Source of the DNA: a bacterium | GTDB lineage: Bacteria > UBA8248 | Direction: 5' to 3' | Assembly: GCA_965221165.1 (NCBI GenBank) | Contig: CBDCRP010000003.1 | Span: forward strand, 832,001-896,000 | Length of the DNA: 64,000 bases | Shown: positions 9,412 through 19,963 of the stretch, one piece after another | Position numbering within the stretch: the first letter of the stretch is position 1 | Layout: each line of letters begins with the position of its first letter | The notes under the pieces: generated by a model | Told to the model about the DNA's origin: nothing | Database searches by the model: none | The model's input: only the letters and a program-made list of their open reading frames with translations | Made by a program: the position numbers and the translations under genes

Positions 9412-10775
9412 CTTCTACCCTCTTTGCGCCAACTCATGGCGAAAAAACCATCGAGGTCCATTCCCGGCGTTATCCGCAAGGCCCCGTCCGGGCCCAGAAA
9501 TCCTCTTGCGCTTTCGGGAAGAGCGCCTCCATCCCGTATGGGGACGAATCCCGGCTCTCGAAACGAAGAAGCGACTTCTTCGGTTTCCTCGGGCTCATTC
9601 GTGCAAACCGAATAAACCAATCTGCCCCCACGGCGCACAGCACCGGCCGCTCCTCGCAAAATCGCCATCTGCCGACGCGCCTGCGCCGCCAGTTCTTCTT
9701 CCCTCACCCGCCATCTCGCATCGGGATGCCGCCTGAACACTCCCAGTCCGCTGCACGGCGCATCCACGAGAACGAGGTCGAATTTTTCATGAAAAGGCGG
9801 CTTCGCCCCGTCCATCCGCAAAACCTGCACATCCGCCCGAATCCTAGCACAATTACGCTTCAGGCGAGCGAGCCGGTGGGACGCCTCATCCCCTGCAACG
9901 ACGCTTCCGCTCACCCCCGCGGCCCAGGCGAGACAAGCCGTTTTGCCTCCGGGCGCCGCGCAGATATCGAGAATTTTTTCTCCGGCGGCGGCACCGGCAA
10001 ATCGCGACACCAGACTCGAACCCTCGTCCATGACGATGAACTTCCCCTCACGATAGGCCGTCGTTTCGCTGAAGCGAACTCCGGGTGTGCTCTCGCCCGG
10101 AAGAAATATCAAACAATCCGGATCGGCGCATCCGGGCCGCGTGGCGACGCCCTCACTTTGGAATTCCGCCATCAGCCCCGGGAGGCTTACCATTTTCGGA
10201 TTCACACGAAAGACGACCGGGGCTTCTGCGTTATTCGCCCGGCATCGCCTCTGCGCCTCCTCCTCCCCCAGTTCGCGCATCCAGCGCCTCACCAACCATC
10301 TTGGATGGGATTCCCATATCGTCAGATAATCTTCACGATTCTCGGGCGGCGAAACTTCATGCTCCGCCACCTTGCGCAAAACCGCATTCACCAACCCCTT
10401 CGCCCAGCCCAGGTTTCGGCGATTCACCAAAGAAACACTGCCGTCCACCGCACTGTGCGGGGGCACGCGATCCATGAACAAGAGCTGGTAGGTTCCCAAC
10501 CGCAACGCTTCTCGCACGGGAGGCGCCACATTCGGCTTATCCAGAAAATGGCCGTAAACGAAATCCAGACGATTCCGCCACCTCAGGACGCCATAGATCA
10601 AATCGCGCAGAAACGCGCGGTCGCGTGGGTCGAAATCCGCCGATGAAAACCGCTCCGCCAACTGGTCTGCGGCGATGGGGTTTTTCTCGAAGGAGAGAAG
10701 AGCGGCGTGCGCCGCCCGGCGAACGAGGTCGACAGAACGCCCGTGTTTCTCACTCACCGCGAGATTCCGGCTCAC
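9405..10775 (-). CDS. rsmB: 16S rRNA m5C967 methyltransferase RsmB/Sun
   Basis: NusB-like N-terminus, DICAAPGGKT, LVDAPCSGLG and YSVCT motifs. Confidence 0.93.
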   Translation of the reverse strand: MSRNLAVSEKHGRSVDLVRRAAHAALLSFEKNPIAADQLAERFSSADFDPRDRAFLRDLIYGVLRWRNRLDFVYGHFLDKPNVAPPVREALRLGTYQLLFMDRVPPHSAVDGSVSLVNRRNLGWAKGLVNAVLRKVAEHEVSPPENREDYLTIWESHPRWLVRRWMRELGEEEAQRRCRANNAEAPVVFRVNPKMVSLPGLMAEFQSEGVATRPGCADPDCLIFLPGESTPGVRFSETTAYREGKFIVMDEGSSLVSRFAGAAAGEKILDICAAPGGKTACLAWAAGVSGSVVAGDEASHRLARLKRNCARIRADVQVLRMDGAKPPFHEKFDLVLVDAPCSGLGVFRRHPDARWRVREEELAAQARRQMAILRGAAGAVRRGGRLVYSVCTNEPEETEEVASSFREPGFVPIRDGGALPESARGFLGPDGALRITPGMDLDGFFAMSWRKEGRSC

Positions 10776-11719
10776 GCGCTCTCTCCGAGCACGAGGCCGG
10801 GCCGGGATGGATATCCCCTGGCGAAAGCCCGCGCATCCATCTTCTTCTTGCCCGGCGGCTGTATCTCCAGAATCACCAAATTGCCCTTACCCGTGGATAC
10901 GCGGATTCCCTCTCCCTCGGGCGTTTCGGCCAGCCCGAGAATTTCACCGGCGGCTCCGCCGGATTCGCCTGGATTCGGCCAGGCCCGCCACATCCGCACC
11001 GGGCCATTCTCCACGCCCGGCCATGAGGTCTGCGCCACAGGCCAGGGATTGAGCCCTCTTATCAATCTATCGAGACGGCTCGCTGGCAGACGCCAATCGA
11101 GTTTCGCTTCTTCTTTTTGGAGTTTTTCCGCATAGGTGACCAGCGATTCGTCCTGGGGCTCTTCGGCGGCCTCGCCGTTTTCGAGTTTCAGCAACGTCGC
11201 TACCATCTGCTCCGCACCCAAGTCGGCCAACTTGTGGTGAAGGGCGCCGGAGGTGTCCCTCGGCCCAATCGGAAGCGAGCGCCTCGCGAGCACGGGACCG
11301 GCGTCGAGTTCGGATACGACCCGCATCACGCAGACTCCCGTCTCGTCGTCCCCCTCGAGAAGAGCGCGCTGAATCGGCGCCGCTCCCCGCCAGCGCGGAA
11401 GAAGCGATGGATGGAGGTTCAACAATCCCAAACGGGGAACATTCAAGAGTTTTCTGCTCAAAATCTGCCCGTAAGCCGCCACGACGCCCACGTCGGGCCG
11501 AAATTCCGCAACATCCGTCGAGCGAATTCTCTCCGGCTGCAGGACGGGGAACCCCGCCTCGAGCGCGCATATTTTGACGGGCGGTGGCGTCAGCCTGCGT
11601 CCCCTTCCCGCAGGCCTGTCCGGCTGCGTGAACGCGGCAGTCACCTCTATGGGGGATGCCATCAGCGCCCGGAGCGTCGGCGCCGCGAACTCGGATGTCC
11701 CGAAGAAAACCGCCCGCAT
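10772..11719 (-). CDS. fmt: Methionyl-tRNA formyltransferase
   Basis: FFGT.EFA, TQPDRPAGRG and NLHPSLLPRWRGAAPIQ motifs; start set to MRAVFF. Confidence 0.97.
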   Translation of the reverse strand: MRAVFFGTSEFAAPTLRALMASPIEVTAAFTQPDRPAGRGRRLTPPPVKICALEAGFPVLQPERIRSTDVAEFRPDVGVVAAYGQILSRKLLNVPRLGLLNLHPSLLPRWRGAAPIQRALLEGDDETGVCVMRVVSELDAGPVLARRSLPIGPRDTSGALHHKLADLGAEQMVATLLKLENGEAAEEPQDESLVTYAEKLQKEEAKLDWRLPASRLDRLIRGLNPWPVAQTSWPGVENGPVRMWRAWPNPGESGGAAGEILGLAETPEGEGIRVSTGKGNLVILEIQPPGKKKMDARAFARGYPSRPGLVLGESA

Positions 11720-11809
11720 GGATTTCTCCCCGAAAAAGCGCGCATCCACCAAGAACAGGGCCGTGCGCGGATGAGACCCGAAAATATAGCACGGGAAAAG
11801 AGGGGATTC

Positions 11810-12319
11810 CTAAGAGGCGGCCTTGGCCTGTTTCTTGAGGCGGCGCTTCACGACGTCGCGCTTCGTCTTGTTGAGATGATCCAGGATGAGTTTTCCGTCC
11901 AGATGCTCGATTTCATGCTGGAGGACGAAGGCGAGAACTTCGCGCGCATCGAGAACCACCTCCTCACCGTTTAAGTTCAGCCCCCGCACCCGCACCGCCT
12001 CATGACGGCGGATTTTCTCGGTCACGCCCGGCAGCGAGAGGCAGCCCTCCTCCACGATGCGCTCGCCCTCGGCGCTTTCGATTTCGGGGTTGATGAGAAA
12101 ATGCACTTGGCCCGGGTCTTTCCCGAGCGAGACGTCCACCACGATGAGCCGGATGCTCTCGCCCACCTGGGGAGCGGCGAGGCCGACGCCGGGCGCATCA
12201 TGCAGGGTGGCGAGCATCGCGCGCGCAAACTCCTCTATCCGCTCCGTAATCCGCTCGACGGGAAGGCATTTCCGGCGAAGGGCGGGCGCCGGATATTTGA
12301 GAATTTCCAACACGGCCAT
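11810..12319 (-). CDS. def: Peptide deformylase
   Basis: GVGLAAPQVG, EGCLS and QHEIEHL motifs. Confidence 0.97.
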   Translation of the reverse strand: MAVLEILKYPAPALRRKCLPVERITERIEEFARAMLATLHDAPGVGLAAPQVGESIRLIVVDVSLGKDPGQVHFLINPEIESAEGERIVEEGCLSLPGVTEKIRRHEAVRVRGLNLNGEEVVLDAREVLAFVLQHEIEHLDGKLILDHLNKTKRDVVKRRLKKQAKAAS

Positions 12320-12535
12320 GAGAGATTCCCGAATGAAATGAACACGCGGCCATCACACCCCGCCGGCTCGCCCTAGGGTTTGAGAAGGGCAAGCCGCTGG
12401 AACACCAAATCCCTCGCAGCCACTTTGGTGCGAACGGAGGCGTTCAAATCATAAAATATCCTGGACCCAGAATGAAGAGCTTGACTTTCCAAAATAATGA
12501 AAATATCCAAAAGGTCTATTTTCTGCTTTCGGCCC

Positions 12536-13636
12536 CTATTTCGGCGTCGCCGCCTGGGGCTGGGGCGTCTCTTTCGGCTCTGCGGTCGCTTTCGGCGCGT
12601 CGATTCCGACGGCGGCGCGCACCTGCCTCTCGATTTCCGAGAAAATATCCGTGTTCTCCTTCAAAAACCGCTTCACGTTCTCACGCCCCTGGCCGATTCG
12701 CTCCTCGCCGAAGGAATACCACGCCCCCGTCTTGGTGACGATGTCTTTTTCGACGCCCAAATCGAGCACGTCGCCTTCTTTCGAGACGCCGAGCCCGAAC
12801 ATGATGTCGAATTCCGCCGTGCGGAACGGGGGCGCAAGCTTGTTCTTCACCACGCGCACCCGCGTCCTGTTGCCCACGTTGTTCTCGCCTTCTTTGATCG
12901 CGGCGATTCGCCGAATGTCGAGACGCACGGAGGAATAGAATTTCAGCGCGTTTCCGCCGGAAGTGGTTTCAGGATTTCCGAACATGACGCCGATCTTCAT
13001 GCGAATCTGGTTGATGAAGATAAAGCACGTGTTGCTGCGGTGCACCACGCCCGTGAGCTTGCGGAGCGCCTGGCTCATGAGCCGCGCCTGGAGACCCACA
13101 TGGTGATCCCCCATGTCTCCTTCCAGTTCCGCCTTGGGCACCAGAGCGGCTACGGAGTCGATGACGACCACGTCGAGCGAGGCGCTGCTCGTCAAAATCT
13201 CGGCTATCTCCAGGGCCTGCTCTCCCGTATCGGGTTGGGAGACGATGAGGTTATCGGTCTGCACCCCGAGCGCCTTGGCGTAGCTCGGGTCCAGAGCGTG
13301 CTCCGCATCCACGAAGGCGGCCATTCCGCCTTTGCGCTGCACCTCCGCGATGATTTGTAGTGCGATGGTCGTCTTGCCCGAAGACTCGGGCCCGAATATC
13401 TCCACGATTCGCCCGCGCGGCACGCCGCCACAGCCCAAGGCGGCATCGAGCGATACCGAACCCGTCGAAATGGCCGGAACCGCCTCCATACCCGGCCCTT
13501 CGCCCAGGCGCATGATGGAGCCTTTGCCGAATTGGCGGTTGATCTGGTTGAAAGCCATGTCCAGCGCCTTGTCGCGGCGCTCACGCTCTTGCGGGTTCTC
13601 GGATTTCGAGGAGGGTGACCCGTTTTTGAGGTTCAT
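12536..13636 (-). CDS. recA: Recombinase RecA
   Basis: [19 protein letters not shown] and [13 protein letters not shown] motifs; start set to MNLKNG after a GGAG RBS. Confidence 0.98.
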   Translation of the reverse strand: MNLKNGSPSSKSENPQERERRDKALDMAFNQINRQFGKGSIMRLGEGPGMEAVPAISTGSVSLDAALGCGGVPRGRIVEIFGPESSGKTTIALQIIAEVQRKGGMAAFVDAEHALDPSYAKALGVQTDNLIVSQPDTGEQALEIAEILTSSASLDVVVIDSVAALVPKAELEGDMGDHHVGLQARLMSQALRKLTGVVHRSNTCFIFINQIRMKIGVMFGNPETTSGGNALKFYSSVRLDIRRIAAIKEGENNVGNRTRVRVVKNKLAPPFRTAEFDIMFGLGVSKEGDVLDLGVEKDIVTKTGAWYSFGEERIGQGRENVKRFLKENTDIFSEIERQVRAAVGIDAPKATAEPKETPQPQAATPK

Positions 13637-14071
13637 CGGAAAACTCCCTTGGATGAAGGAATGCGCACCGGTTCGGGCGATGGCGGACATAGGTTGAATG
13701 TAGGGGATCGACCCATTTTCTGCAATACAACAAGCGCCATCAATTCCAAAAGGACTTGCGCGGAGCAGGCCGCATCCCCTTATCCAGCCATATTTTCGAA
13801 CAACGGCGGTGACTTACTTTCGCTAAATATACGTGAAATGGCTCTGCAGATCAAGTACAAAAAGCGAAAATTCATGCCCAAAGCCACTTTTTCCCGTTAA
13901 ATAGAGCAAAATTGAGGTTTCTGAGTCTGATTGGTATCCAGGGCGCTTCAAACATTGACATCACCCTGGTCAGGCGTGGGCAGACCTCACATAGACCTGC
14001 GGATTTTCAGCGCTCAAGCCCCGGGCAGGCACGAGACACGATGCAGCGGACGGACTATCCCCCGCCGGGGC

Positions 14072-14653
14072 TTACGCCTGGCCCAACGTCACTTTTTCCA
14101 GCGTGGTGTGTATGGCGCCAGAGGGATTGAGTTCGCTTCTGAGCAAAACCGCCTCGCGCGCACGGCAGATGAGAGGGGGCGTCAACCATCTCTGCTCGGC
14201 GACTTCAAGCTCTCCTTCGAGCCCTGCGGGTGGACGATCCCGGGAGCGTCGCCTCGCCAGCGTCATATGCGGGCGAAAAGGTCCCTCCCCGGAGGGAAAC
14301 CCCGCTTCGGCCAGATAACGAGAGAGGCTTGCTTCAAGTTTCACCAGTGGTTCCGGCGTTTCCGAGGGACCCACCCAAAGCACATTGGGACGCTTGAGAT
14401 GCGGGAAGACGCCAAATTGGTTGATTGAAATATCAAAGGCAGGCGCGCTCTCTCCCGCACGAAGCAGCGCCTCTGCGGCGGCTGTGGCCTGATCTTCTTC
14501 GATGTCGCCTAAAAAACGCAAGGTAACGTGGATATTCTCGGGCCTCATCCAGCGGAAATCATCGAGAGCGGACATAGTTGCAAGCGAGGTTTGAAGCGAT
14601 TCCAGGAGTCTGTGTTCATCTGCGCTGAATGGAATCGCCAAAAACGCGCGCAT
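14072..14653 (-). CDS. thpR: RNA 2',3'-cyclic phosphodiesterase (2H phosphoesterase)
   Basis: MR.FLAI, H.TL.FLG and PH.TLAR 2H motifs; cinA-thpR-recA synteny. Confidence 0.9.
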   Translation of the reverse strand: MRAFLAIPFSADEHRLLESLQTSLATMSALDDFRWMRPENIHVTLRFLGDIEEDQATAAAEALLRAGESAPAFDISINQFGVFPHLKRPNVLWVGPSETPEPLVKLEASLSRYLAEAGFPSGEGPFRPHMTLARRRSRDRPPAGLEGELEVAEQRWLTPPLICRAREAVLLRSELNPSGAIHTTLEKVTLGQA

Positions 14654-14749
14654 GGGGAATCTCCTTAAACATCAGGCCTGCCGCATGGCCTCAGTGCACG
14701 AGAAGGCCCGCTTCACACGGGGAAGAACCGCCCTCACGCATCATTATAG

Positions 14750-15241
14750 TCAGTCCAGCGCTTCGAGGGCATCACGCACCATCTCGAGCGCGGTTTGCGC
14801 CGTCTGGGCCTTCACTTCCATACGAGATCCTCCGAACACATGGTGTCGGCAAATAGTGCAGGAAGGCGTGGCGACGGCCATATACACCGTGCCCACCGGC
14901 TTCCCGACGCTTCCCCCGGTGGGGCCGGCGATGCCCGTAACGGACAGCCCGAAATCGCTGCCCGCCGCCGCGCGAACGCCCTCCGCCATCGCGCGCGCGC
15001 AGGCCTCGCTCACCGCGCCCGGCCCGCCCTCACGCGCAACGATATCTTTCGGCACGCCCAGGAGCGCCATTTTCGCCTCGTTGCTGTAGGTGACGAAGCC
15101 CTGCTCGAAATAAGCGGAACTGCCGGAAACGTCGGTGATGCGGCTGGCTACCAGACCACCCGTGCAACTCTCCGCAGTGGCGATGCGCCAACCCTTTTCA
15201 CTCAAGCGTGCTCCGAGCCATTCCTCCACAGATTCCGCCAT
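14750..15241 (-). CDS. cinA: CinA C-terminal domain / NMN deamidase PncC
   Basis: AESCTGGL, GSSAYF, TYSNEAK, GAVSE..A..MAEG and TGIAGPTGG motifs; no MocF domain. Confidence 0.9.
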   Translation of the reverse strand: MAESVEEWLGARLSEKGWRIATAESCTGGLVASRITDVSGSSAYFEQGFVTYSNEAKMALLGVPKDIVAREGGPGAVSEACARAMAEGVRAAAGSDFGLSVTGIAGPTGGSVGKPVGTVYMAVATPSCTICRHHVFGGSRMEVKAQTAQTALEMVRDALEALD

Positions 15242-15261
15242 TCAGCTTTGCTCCCCAGAAA

Positions 15262-15732
15262 TCAGACAAGCCCGAAATATGACAGGCCAAACAAGAACAC
15301 CCAACCCATAACCCCCGCGGCGATGTCGTCCGCCACGACGCCCACGCCACCCGATAACCCCTCCAGGCGCCGAAGCGGCGGCAGCTTGACGATGTCAAAA
15401 ATACGAAAAAGGAAAAAACCCGCTACCAGTGCGCTCGGGCTCGGGTCAATCCCGATGAAGCAGACAAATTGGCCCACACATTCATCCACGACGATTTCCG
15501 GGGGGTCTTGCCGGTTCGTGATCGCCTCATATTTGCCGGACACCCATACGGCGAGCGGAATCAGGAGGATCAAAAACAAGGCCGGAAGATAGCAGCTTAT
15601 CCGGTAGAGCAAAAAATACAGCAGAGTGGCGATTAGAGAAGCCACCGTGCCCGGCGCCAGAGGAACCAGCCCGAGACCGCCCAGGGTGGCTACAAGCCGG
15701 GACAAAGCCTCGTTTTTACCTTTTCGGTTCAT
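15262..15732 (-). CDS. pgpA: Phosphatidylglycerophosphatase A
   Basis: APGT.AS, DP..IVVDE..GQ, FRIFDI.K and G.GVV.DD..AG motifs. Confidence 0.93.
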   Translation of the reverse strand: MNRKGKNEALSRLVATLGGLGLVPLAPGTVASLIATLLYFLLYRISCYLPALFLILLIPLAVWVSGKYEAITNRQDPPEIVVDECVGQFVCFIGIDPSPSALVAGFFLFRIFDIVKLPPLRRLEGLSGGVGVVADDIAAGVMGWVFLFGLSYFGLV

Positions 15733-15737
15733 TGATT

Positions 15738-16919
15738 TTACTGGCTTGCGGCGGTTCCGTTCAGCCGGGCGGCGACATATTCCCTCGCCCAGCGATCCGC
15801 CTCCAGAATCGTCTCCAGCGCATCCGCCTCCATGTTCTCGTGCGCCTCCAGCGCAGCCCCCACCACATCGGGAATATCCATGAATTTAGACGCACCCGAC
15901 AAGAACGAGGCGACGGCCACCTCGTTCGCCGCATTGAGAACGGCAGGCGCCGTCCCCCCCTCGCGCATCGCGTTTCTCGCATGGACGAGACAGGGAAACC
16001 GATCGGGGGCCGGCGCTTCAAACGTCAGGGAACCGACCTGCGCCAAATCGAGTCTCGGCGAATTGATGGGCAATCTCTCCGGAGAGAAAATGGCTTGCGC
16101 GATGGGAATCCGCATGTCGGGCATGCTCATTTGCGCCACGAAACTCCCGTCAACGAACTCCACCATGGCGTGCACGATGCTCTGCGGATGAACCAGCACG
16201 TCCACTTGTTGGGGCTTTAACCCGAAGAGCCACCTCGCTTCGATGATTTCAAGACCCTTGTTCATCATCGATGCCGAATCAATCGTAATCTTGGGTCCCA
16301 TCTTCCAGTTGGGGTGATTCAGCGCCTCTTCCAGAGAAACATTCCTCATCGCCTCTATGGAATGGTTCCGAAAAGGGCCGCCCGAGGCCGTAAGCACTAT
16401 CCGCTCCACCTGGGAGTGGGGCCTGTCCGCCAGCGCTTGCGCCACACCCGCATGCTCGCTATCCACAGGGAGCAACTCGACCTCCCGGGCCGAAGTTCGC
16501 GACGTGACGAGTTCCCCGGCCATGACGAGCACTTCCTTGTTCGCAAGCGCAATCGAGGCGCCCACGTCGATGGCGGCCAGCGTCGGCCTAAGTCCCGCCG
16601 CGCCCACCAGGGCGGAGACCACGAGGCTGGCGCCCGCACCCGCGGCCACCTCGCTCAAGCCCTCATCTCCCGAAAGCACCCGCGTCCCGGGAGGAAGCGC
16701 ATCTTGAATGCGCGCCGCGTCCACGTCATCAGCCACGGATACGATTTTGGGCCGAAATTGCCTCGCCTGCTCCACGAGGCGCTCCCAGTTTCTTCCGGCG
16801 GCAAGCGCCACCACATCGATTCTTTCGGGAAATTGCGCCACAACATCGAGGGCGTTTTCCCCGATGCTGCCCGTAGATCCCAATATGGCAATTTCCCGCC
16901 GTTTCATTTTCCGGCTCAT
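15738..16919 (-). CDS. dxr: 1-deoxy-D-xylulose-5-phosphate reductoisomerase
   Basis: ILGSTGSIG, LANKE, LPVDSEH, LTASGGPF and HPNW.MG.KITIDSA motifs. Confidence 0.98.
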   Translation of the reverse strand: MSRKMKRREIAILGSTGSIGENALDVVAQFPERIDVVALAAGRNWERLVEQARQFRPKIVSVADDVDAARIQDALPPGTRVLSGDEGLSEVAAGAGASLVVSALVGAAGLRPTLAAIDVGASIALANKEVLVMAGELVTSRTSAREVELLPVDSEHAGVAQALADRPHSQVERIVLTASGGPFRNHSIEAMRNVSLEEALNHPNWKMGPKITIDSASMMNKGLEIIEARWLFGLKPQQVDVLVHPQSIVHAMVEFVDGSFVAQMSMPDMRIPIAQAIFSPERLPINSPRLDLAQVGSLTFEAPAPDRFPCLVHARNAMREGGTAPAVLNAANEVAVASFLSGASKFMDIPDVVGAALEAHENMEADALETILEADRWAREYVAARLNGTAASQ

Positions 16920-16936
16920 CCCCTATGCGTGGTGAC

Positions 16937-17728
16937 CTAAAGCTGTATCCAATACAAGTAACAGTAAAACGCGGGACCCGCCATGAGCAAACCGTCAATC
17001 CTGTCAAGCACCCCCCCATGGCCGGGGATGATGGCGGATGCGTCTTTTTCCCCTGCCGCGCGCTTTAAGATCGATTCACCCAAATCCCCCATCAACGCGA
17101 ACAACCCGATTCCCCCCGATACAGGAATCGCAAGCCATGGGTCGACGCCGGGAACATCCATGTAGAGCGTCGTGAGAACACCCACGAGGACGCCTGCGAG
17201 GATTCCCCCGATTGCTCCCTCCACTGTTTTTCCGGGGCTGATTCTCGGCGCTATCTTTCTTTTCCCCAACGTCTTGCCGGTGAACATCGCCGCGATATCG
17301 TTCGCCCAGACGACGACAAACAAAAAGAAAGTGGCCTCCATGCCACCCGGGAAAGTTCTGATAAGCACGATCAAGCCACCGGCACCGCCCACCCAAATCA
17401 CGCCAAGAAGCGACATCCCCGCCAAGGAGAGGCTGTCCCGAAGGGCCTCGCTCGAAAACGCCTTGAGAAAGACGCGAAACAGAATCACCGCGAGGACCAA
17501 CACCGGCAAAACGCCGCCCACCCACACGGCGAGCACAAATGCGCAGGCATCCAGAGCTCCTTCCCATGCTCTCACGCGCCACCCGCAAAGATTGACCAGG
17601 GCCTGAAATTCCCATCCCGCGCGAAAAACGAGTAGAAGCGCCACACAGAGAAATACGATTGAGGAGGTAAAAAACAAGACGACGAGAATCGGCGCCGCAA
17701 GCACCAAGGCGCTAATGAGGCGGGTCAA
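16937..17728 (-). CDS. cdsA: Phosphatidate cytidylyltransferase
   Basis: Multiple TM segments; ISP.KT.EG, GDL.ES..KR.AG.KD and PGHGGVLDRID motifs; probable TTG start 17728. Confidence 0.94.
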   Translation of the reverse strand: MTRLISALVLAAPILVVLFFTSSIVFLCVALLLVFRAGWEFQALVNLCGWRVRAWEGALDACAFVLAVWVGGVLPVLVLAVILFRVFLKAFSSEALRDSLSLAGMSLLGVIWVGGAGGLIVLIRTFPGGMEATFFLFVVVWANDIAAMFTGKTLGKRKIAPRISPGKTVEGAIGGILAGVLVGVLTTLYMDVPGVDPWLAIPVSGGIGLFALMGDLGESILKRAAGEKDASAIIPGHGGVLDRIDGLLMAGPAFYCYLYWIQL

Positions 17729-17730
17729 AA

Positions 17731-18489
17731 CTAATTTCTCCGAGTCGTGAACTGCTCCTCGGTGAGACCAAATTTCCGCACCCGGGACTGGTAGGCGAGA
17801 ATGGCGTCTTCGAGTTCGCGTTCCCCGAATTCCGGCCATTTGATATCCGTAAAATAAAGTTCCGCATATGCCGCTTGCCAGAGAAGATAGTTGGAGAGCC
17901 TGAGTTCACCGCTGGTTCGAATCAAGAGGTCGAGTTTGGGCAAATCCGCCGTATACAGATGACGCTCGATGTCACCCTCATCGATTTCCTCGGGTTGAAG
18001 AACTCCCTTTTGAACTTCCCTGGATATGGCTCTCGCCGCGTCGGTGATCTCCCGGCGCGCGCCGTAACTCAGCGCCAAGGTCAGAGTCATCCCGTCCAGG
18101 TCTGCAGTCTGCTCCTTGACGCGCTGGATGACCTCCTGCGCGAACTGGGGCAAGTCCTCTTCGTGTCCGATGGTGTTGAAACGGATGCTCTCCCGGAGCA
18201 TCCTCTGAAGTTCGCGCTCGAGGTAATCCGCCAGAATATCCATGAGCGCATCTACTTCGTCTTTGGGTCGGTTCCAATTCTCGAGGGAAAAGCTGTACAG
18301 GGTGAGAGCCTTGATGCCGATGCGGCGCGCATGCGCCACCACTTTGTCGACAGACTTCACGCCCTCACGGTGACCTGCAACTCGGGGAAGAAAGCGTTGT
18401 TTGGCCCAGCGGCCGTTCCCATCCATTATGATGCCGATATGGTGGGGAAGGCGTTCGAGATCGATGCGTGGGTCGATGCGAGATTCCAT
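17731..18489 (-). CDS. uppS: Undecaprenyl/isoprenyl diphosphate synthase
   Basis: HIGIIMDGNGRWA, FS.ENW.RP and RTSGE.RLSNYLLWQ motifs. Confidence 0.97.
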   Translation of the reverse strand: MESRIDPRIDLERLPHHIGIIMDGNGRWAKQRFLPRVAGHREGVKSVDKVVAHARRIGIKALTLYSFSLENWNRPKDEVDALMDILADYLERELQRMLRESIRFNTIGHEEDLPQFAQEVIQRVKEQTADLDGMTLTLALSYGARREITDAARAISREVQKGVLQPEEIDEGDIERHLYTADLPKLDLLIRTSGELRLSNYLLWQAAYAELYFTDIKWPEFGERELEDAILAYQSRVRKFGLTEEQFTTRRN

Positions 18490-18507
18490 GCGCGCTCCGG
18501 TGGAGAA

Positions 18508-19062
18508 CTAAACCTCGAGAATCTCTTTCTCTTTGGCTGAAAGCAAGTTGTCTAATTCGGACACGAACTGATCCGTCAGCTTTTGGACATCTCCCTGTCC
18601 TTTCCTGAGGTCGTCCTCCGTGATCTCTTTTTTCTTCTCGAGGTCTTTTATGCCATCGTTGCCGTCGCGCCGAATGTGGCGCAGCGCAACCTTGTGCTCT
18701 TCCGTCATCTTCTTGAGCAGCTTCACCATCTCCTTGCGACGCTCCTCCGTAAGCGCCGGCACCGGCACGCGGATGATTTTTCCGTCATTCGATGGGTTCA
18801 AGCCCAACTCCGCCGACTGAATCGCCTTTTCTATGTCGCCCAAGGAGTTGATATCGAAAGGCTGAACGATGATGAGCTGAGGTTCCGGTACGTTCAAGGT
18901 AGCAAGCTGATTCAGCGGCGTGGACGTTCCATAGTAGTCGACCATCACGCCACTGACGAGATTCGTAGAAGCGCGCCCGGTTCGCACGCGGGCGATTTCG
19001 GACTTGTATGACTCCACGGTGGATTGCATTTTTTTCTTTAACGCGGCGAGAACTTCATCCAT
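18508..19062 (-). CDS. frr: Ribosome recycling factor
   Basis: RTGRA, V.YYG..TPL.Q and P.LTEERR motifs. Confidence 0.97.
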   Translation of the reverse strand: MDEVLAALKKKMQSTVESYKSEIARVRTGRASTNLVSGVMVDYYGTSTPLNQLATLNVPEPQLIIVQPFDINSLGDIEKAIQSAELGLNPSNDGKIIRVPVPALTEERRKEMVKLLKKMTEEHKVALRHIRRDGNDGIKDLEKKKEITEDDLRKGQGDVQKLTDQFVSELDNLLSAKEKEILEV

Positions 19063-19172
19063 CGGCCATCTCTCCCTGTTGGAAGCCCAAAACCATTATT
19101 TCACGCCCTTCATCCCCCGCCCAAACCCTTCACCGCGCGCCCTGAATCTCACCGAAGGCGACTCGCGTCGCA

Positions 19173-19907
19173 TCAATCCTTGGCGGCCTTCACCAAAGTT
19201 CCCACCTGCTTACCCTCCACGACGCGGCGAATGTTGCCGGGTTTCAGAAGGTTAAAAACAATAATGGGCAAATTATTGTCCATGCACAAGCTGACGGCGG
19301 TGGTGTCCATGACGGCGAGTTGGCGATTGAGCACCTCGATATAAGTCAATTCATCGATGAACTCGGCCGTATAGTCCTGATTGGGATCGGCGGAGAAAAC
19401 GCCATCAACGTTCGTGGCTTTGAGTATGCACTCGGCGCCCACTTCTATGGCCCTGAGGCTCGCGGTGGTATCCGTCGTGAAGTAGGGGTTCCCGGTGCCG
19501 CCGGCGAAAATGACGACCCGGCCTTTTTCCATATGGCGCACCGCACGCCTTCTGATGTAGGGCTCGCACAACTCGGCCATGTGGATGGCGCTCTGGACGC
19601 GGGTGGCGAGGTTCACTTTTTCAAGCGCGTGTTGGAGAGCCAGAGCGTTGATGACCGTGCCGAGCATCCCCATGTAATCGGCGTTGGTTCGCTCCATACC
19701 GGCGGCGGCGGCGGCAGCGCCCCGGAAGATGTTCCCGCCACCTACGACGATGGCGATTTCAACTCCCATCCGGTGGATTTCGTCGATTTCTTGCGCGATA
19801 TCGTCAACGACGTTATGGTCGATGCCGTATTTGAGATCTCCCCCCAGGGCTTCGCCTGAGAGTTTGAGCAAAATCCTCTTGAATCGCAGGTCGCCGCGCA
19901 TGGACAT
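19173..19907 (-). CDS. pyrH: UMP kinase
   Basis: [24 protein letters not shown] and [10 protein letters not shown] motifs; exact start uncertain. Confidence 0.97.
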   Translation of the reverse strand: MSMRGDLRFKRILLKLSGEALGGDLKYGIDHNVVDDIAQEIDEIHRMGVEIAIVVGGGNIFRGAAAAAAGMERTNADYMGMLGTVINALALQHALEKVNLATRVQSAIHMAELCEPYIRRRAVRHMEKGRVVIFAGGTGNPYFTTDTTASLRAIEVGAECILKATNVDGVFSADPNQDYTAEFIDELTYIEVLNRQLAVMDTTAVSLCMDNNLPIIVFNLLKPGNIRRVVEGKQVGTLVKAAKD

Positions 19908-19963
19908 CCCCAAAAATTTCAAGCCAATGACAACGGGCGGTGCGAATGATTCGTTAGAAGGAC

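Noticed and set aside
13640-14070. Searched for a LexA/SOS box or sRNA upstream of recA
   Set aside because: No CTGT-N8-ACAG, CGAAC-N4-GTTCG or GTTC-N7-GTTC match found by eye, and no convincing structure
15730-15740. dxr followed by pgpA instead of rseP
   Set aside because: A simple rearrangement with no scar or remnant visible
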